Under the pieces are notes generated by a model. That model was not told the origin of the DNA and searched no databases. It saw only the letters and a program-made list of their open reading frames with translations. A program made the position numbers and the translations under genes. This document shows, one piece after another, positions 58,948 through 64,000 of a stretch of DNA of 64,000 nucleotides. The stretch is from the NCBI GenBank assembly GCA_964016885.1, contig OZ024740.1, positions 210,862,001 to 210,926,000 of the forward strand, in the 5' to 3' direction. The stretch comes from Eledone cirrhosa (lineage: Eukaryota). Each line of letters begins with the position of its first letter. Within the stretch, counting starts at the first letter, position 1.

Positions 58948-60832
58948 CTAGCCGAATTACCCGCGCCTTGCTGCGTTTCACACATTTTTTTTGTAAGAAA
59001 ATGATGATTTATTTTAAATCAGTGATATAATTTATGGAGAAAAACTCTGCATTTCAATATTACTCAATGTAAAATGTAATGCATGAAAAATTGGAAAACA
59101 TTGTTTTTTGTAATCAAAATTACATTATTAAATCTTATTCTTATTTTATTTCTTGTAAATAATTTTTTTAAAAATATCAATTCAAAACTTTTGTGAATAG
59201 ACATCATATCTTGTCATTTACCTATGGTTTAAATTTCATATAAATCAAAGGGAAAACATTTTCAGTGGGGGGTTGGCTTCCGGGAACCCTAGTAGGGGGT
59301 TTAACCCTCATAGAGTGTCTTAATATTATTGAAATTTGCTGAAATTTTGTGAATAGGCATCATATCTTGTCATTAAACCTATGGTTTAAATTTCATATAA
59401 ATCGAAGGGAAAAAATGTTCAGCGGGGTTTTCAGCGGGGCTTTTGTGTCCCCGGGGAACCCTTTGATTAAAATGAAATATACTTATCCAAGTACCCTGGG
59501 CAATGTAGTTTCAGAATATATATGGTTGTGGGGGGTCTGTCTCCAAAACAAACAGACAGGAATACAACTTTATATACAAGGTGCGGACGGTATTTGGTGA
59601 TTTATAGTTTTAAAAAAACGCTTATATAATAACAGAAAAAACTGTATTCTCATAAAAATAACATAAACATAAAGCTAAATTATCAATTTAATAATTTCAT
59701 TCAATAAACCCACCATAAACATCAATAACTACCTCTGCGTGTGGTTGAAATCGTTTACAAGCTCTGACTAGGTGGTCCTTGTTCATATCGGACATACTCG
59801 AACTATTGCGGCTTTCAAAGAATCCTTTGTGCTATGGGGGTGTTCATTGACATTTTTCTCAACGATGCTCCATACGTAGTCCAGTTGATTGCGACCTGGA
59901 GAATTAGGAGGCCAAATGTTGGGGGTGATATGATCATGCAAATTGTCGGCCATCCATTCTTGTGTCATTTGAGCCTTGTGTGATGGTGCAGAATCTTGTT
60001 GAAAGACATAAGGCCTTCCATTGCATACACTGTTGATCCAAGGCTTAACAACTTTATCCAGAACATCAATAAATGCAGCAGCATTCACCCTAAGGCCTTG
60101 TGGAAAAAAGTGAGGAGGATCACATGCCCTTCATTGCTAACAACACCCAAAACCATGACACTTGCAGGAAATGTTGTGTGCATTACTCTTGGAACCTCAG
60201 AAGGGTCTGAACATAGCCACCTGTCATTTCTTCTGTTAGTTTTGTGGTCCTGGTCAAAGTTTTTCTCATCTGAGAAAAACCAAATCACACCATCTTCTGA
60301 TGGATTTTTAAGTTTGTTACTTTTGGATCTGATTAAACGGTTTTCTTTTGTTTTTTTCTGACATGAATTGACTTCTCCTCATCACGTAAGATTTGTATCT
60401 GATGACTTCATGCACAAGATTTCTGATTGTTCTTTTTTACACACCAACATTTTTTGCAATTAACCTCATTGATTTTCCTGGATTGTCATCAATGGTTTGC
60501 TTAACTTCCTGAATAAATTCATGTGTCCTGATAGAATCAGAGCGCTTGAAATGTTTTTTTACGTTTCGATACAGGTAATACGCTTCCATCTTTCTCTAAC
60601 TCACACCGAATCTTGTGGACAAAAGGTCTTGCAACTTTCAGAAAACAAGAAATGTCTAAATCACCATGCTTGCCTTCACAGTCACAATCACAACATGCCT
60701 TTTCATTTCATTAGTAAGCATAGTTATTTTCATTGTTATTTTCTGAAATAGATGTTCAATAAAAATTAGTCAAATAAAATAATGACTAAAAATGCATGTG
60801 TCCTCAAATACCGTCCGCACTCTGTATATAGA
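58948..60832 (-). mobile_element. Non-autonomous Helitron split by a maT transposon
   Basis: Minus-strand A|TCTATATA...AAAGTTG 5' end, and cgc...gcg hairpin plus CTAG|T 3' end. Confidence 0.7.
59577..60824 (-). mobile_element. Tc1/mariner DD37D (maT) transposon, frameshifted
   Basis: TIRs ca..gtgcggacggtatttg with TA on both sides. FSDEK and QQD-x37-D (WPPNSP...LDY) motifs. Confidence 0.92.
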
Positions 60833-62129
60833 TGTATGCACATTAATAACAATGTATTGAGGTATTTGTTCCAGATCTCTGAGATCTGAGTTCGAATCCT
60901 AGCGAGTTTAACTTTGATTTTCCATCTTTCGAATTGAATAAATTAAAGCACATGTCTAGGGCGTTGAAATGGAGTTTTACAGAGTTACCTTGGTGTATTT
61001 ATTACAGCTCTTTACATTTAGAGTTTAAATTCCATCATGGCCTACATAGGTGTTAAGTTTAATCTGTCAGTCATTTGGTTTAACAACATCAACACCTGAT
61101 CATTGGATACTTTTCAGCAGGGTCAACTCTGTTTCAGGTATTCGGGCCAGGTCCCCGGTATGAGGAAACATCACCGCTTCTTTCCTACCCGTCTCGAATG
61201 TAGTAAAAAGTGTCACGGAGAGGGTTGGATTTAGACCTTGGGGCGCCCGGGGTACTTCGTGTTGGGAGAGGGGCGGCTCATACACAGAAAATTAGAATAC
61301 ACAGAAAGCCCCCACAATGTTACATATCAAAGTTTGCTTGGCGCAAATAATTGCTATCAAAAAGTTATACATACAGGTATTCAAATATTCTGACCTTCCT
61401 AAAACAAAAAAGCCCAGGTGAGGGCACAAGTAAATTACTACGGTCGTCGCTCGTGGGGTACCTACTGCAGGGGCCCCGGGGCAATTTCCCCCTTTGCCCC
61501 TCATTAAATTCGGTCCTGAATACTAGACAACTCATCTTACATTTTCCCGAGGGTCTTTTTTGGTCCTCTGTGGTCCTTCCTCGTTTTCATTTTGTTCCAG
61601 TTACCTATCTCTTATCTTGCTGAGAGAGAGGGAGAGAGAGAGAGTCTGTGTGTGTCTGTCTGTCTGTCCTTGTGTGTATATGTGTGTCTTCTTAGGCTGG
61701 GGGGGGGGAGGGGTAGTCTCCAGGGTATACATAAATACACCACATATGCAGATACACACATATAACTGTGCGAGGAGCAATATATAAAGACACACACACA
61801 CACACACACACACGGGATTACACACACATGCACAGAGATACACACTCACACACACACGGGATTACACACACATGCACACAGACACTGACACACACACACG
61901 CATGCACACACACACACACACCCACACACACACACATGCACATAGTACACAAAGAGCACAGAAAGACACTGAAACAAGAGGGAGTAACTGAAACAAAACT
62001 AAATCGAGGATAAAACACAGGGAGCGAAATAAAGCCATTGAGAAGGCCACAGAATGTGACGAAAGAGCTTTGACAATTAAACAACCATTTTGTTGCTAAA
62101 CCAACAGATGGGCGGATTAGTTACATGAC

Positions 62130-62545
62130 TAATAACGGTTTCTGATTTAGACACAAGGCCAACAATTTGGGGAGTGGTAGTCGATTAAATTGAACCCAGT
62201 GTATTACTGGTACTTTATTTTATCAACCCAGTAAGGATGGAGGGCAAAGGTAACCTTGGCAGGATTTGAACCCAGAACGTAAAGGGCCATAACTATGCTG
62301 CAAATCATATTGTCCGACGCTCTACCGATACTGCCAATCCACCGCCTTAATAATAATTGTTTCTATTTTTGGCACAAGGCCAGCAATTACTCAGTACATT
62401 ACTGGTACTTTATTTTATCGACCCCGTAAGGATGAAAGGTAAAGTTAACCCAGGTAGGATTTGAACTCAGACCATAAAGGGCCGTAACTCTTTGCTGAAA
62501 AGCATGGCGTCCAACCCTCTACCGATTCTACCAATCCACCGCCTT
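62130..62545 (-). mobile_element. Two tandem Nin-type tRNA SINEs
   Basis: Same motifs on the minus strand. Confidence 0.85.
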
Positions 62546-62599
62546 TATAATAATGATAGTAATAATCATAATTATAACACGTATGTATGTATATGTATG

Positions 62600-63812
62600 T
62601 GTATGTATATATAAACTTCGATAACTTTGATAGGTTTCGGCCAGTATTGGCCCAGGCCATGTCTAACTTAATAGCACCACCTGGCGAAGTCTTTCAAATC
62701 AGGATTTGGGTACCATGGCGCACTCAAGTATAGATTTATTGTTTACGGAGGCATATCCGAGTGTAGGAGGTTTATCCGGGATTTCTCGAAGGAATTTGTC
62801 CAAAACTTCTTGAACTTTATGGAGTCTGTTTCTCTTTTAATGTGTTTTGGTGTAATGTTAAAGAGAGCGGGGCCAATTGAGGTGAAATAATTGTACCGTA
62901 TTGTTGTTATGAGATGCGAGTGAGATTTTTGTTGTGGGCGGATAGCACGGGGCCTAAGCCTTGGGTGTACATTAAAGGTGATTCCAACATCATTTGGCAG
63001 ATAATGTAGCGCTCACGGCGACGTCGGAGAGAAGAAAGGTTGAGCTTTTCTAATCGACCCCAATAGTCAAGGCCTGTCATTCCATCTATCTTTTTTCGTG
63101 TGGGGAGACCACAGTGGACAACAGTATTCAAGGTGGGATCGAGCAAAAGTGGAGAAGAGAAGGATAACAGTGTGGATATCTCTCGACTGGAAGGTTCTGA
63201 GAATCCAGGAACACATTCTGCAGGCTATGTCAACTTTGCTGTTTATATGAGTGGCTCAGCTTATGTTGTTGTCCACAATTACTCCCAAGTATCTGATGTT
63301 GTTGGATGCCACAAGAATTTCACTTGAGGGAAGAGAGTATGGGAGTTTCAGGGCATCCTTTTTTCCAAAGTGGATTAACTCGAACTTATCCTCATCCAAC
63401 AGCATATTGTTCTTTTCTGCCCATTGGATAACAGCTAGTAGGTCTGGCTGAAGGCAAGTCCGGTCACCCACCTCATTGATGACCCTTTGGAGCTTGGAAT
63501 CATCTGCGAAGATTCTTATGTTGCTGTGCTTGATGATGTTAGTAATGCCATTAATGTAGATGATGAAAAGAAGTGGGTCCAACACAGTGCCTTGTGGGAC
63601 ACCACTGCTGACTTTGGCTGGGCTTGATTTTACTCCTTCGACTACAATTTGTTGGGCTCTGTCTGTCAAGAAACATTTGATCCACTGTAGTAACTTTCCA
63701 TAGACACCAATATTGGATAGTTTTTTTCAATAGAATCTTATGATCAACCCTGTCAAAGGCTTTGCTGAAATCAAGGTAGATGACATCAGTGTTGGAGCCC
63801 TCTCCCAAAGCT
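62600..63812 (-). mobile_element. Decayed CR1-group LINE
   Basis: DVIYLDFSKAFDRVDH, SGVPQGTVL.PLLF, FADDSKL, RYLGV and RL..LNL.SL.RRR.RY motifs. Confidence 0.9.
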
Positions 63813-63873
63813 CATATATATATATATAGTTATAGGAATAACCAAAGAGTGCTTAGAAATACATTGTTTTATT

Positions 63874-63920
63874 AGATAACAGTGTTTCATCCATACCCCA
63901 TGGCAGGAATCATCAGAGCC
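63874..63920 (-). ncRNA. Degenerate hammerhead motif
   Basis: CUGAUGA-uucc...ggau-GAAA-cacug-UU with a weak stem I. Confidence 0.4.
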
Positions 63921-64000
63921 TATAAATAAGAGTATATCAATAGTTGCATGCTCCATCGAGCTGCGTTACCAGAACAAGGTTAAAGGACCAGCAGGGGGGT

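Overview
Repeat-saturated, AT-rich eukaryotic DNA. The SINE/LINE repertoire and microsatellite load suggest an octopod cephalopod (inference). Most ORF-track entries are microsatellite artefacts. Real content: (1) six small plus-strand exons with consistent phases, spread over about 20 kb (26831-46674), encoding the C-terminal part of an ADAMTS-like/reprolysin-type protein; (2) a Penelope-like (Naiad-type) element whose long ORF keeps the thumb/linker and GIY-YIG endonuclease but has no reverse transcriptase, followed by a U3-A8 variant hammerhead ribozyme; (3) about 20 minimal hammerhead motifs from roughly ten unrelated non-coding families, mostly next to (TA)n and often arranged as divergent head-to-head palindromes; (4) decayed RTE, R4/Dong and CR1 LINEs, bipartite RTE-derived elements, tRNA SINEs, a DD37D maT transposon nested in a Helitron, a second Helitron, a MITE, minisatellites, a 1.3-kb tandem duplication and a 200-N gap. 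All calls were made by eye and no searches were run.
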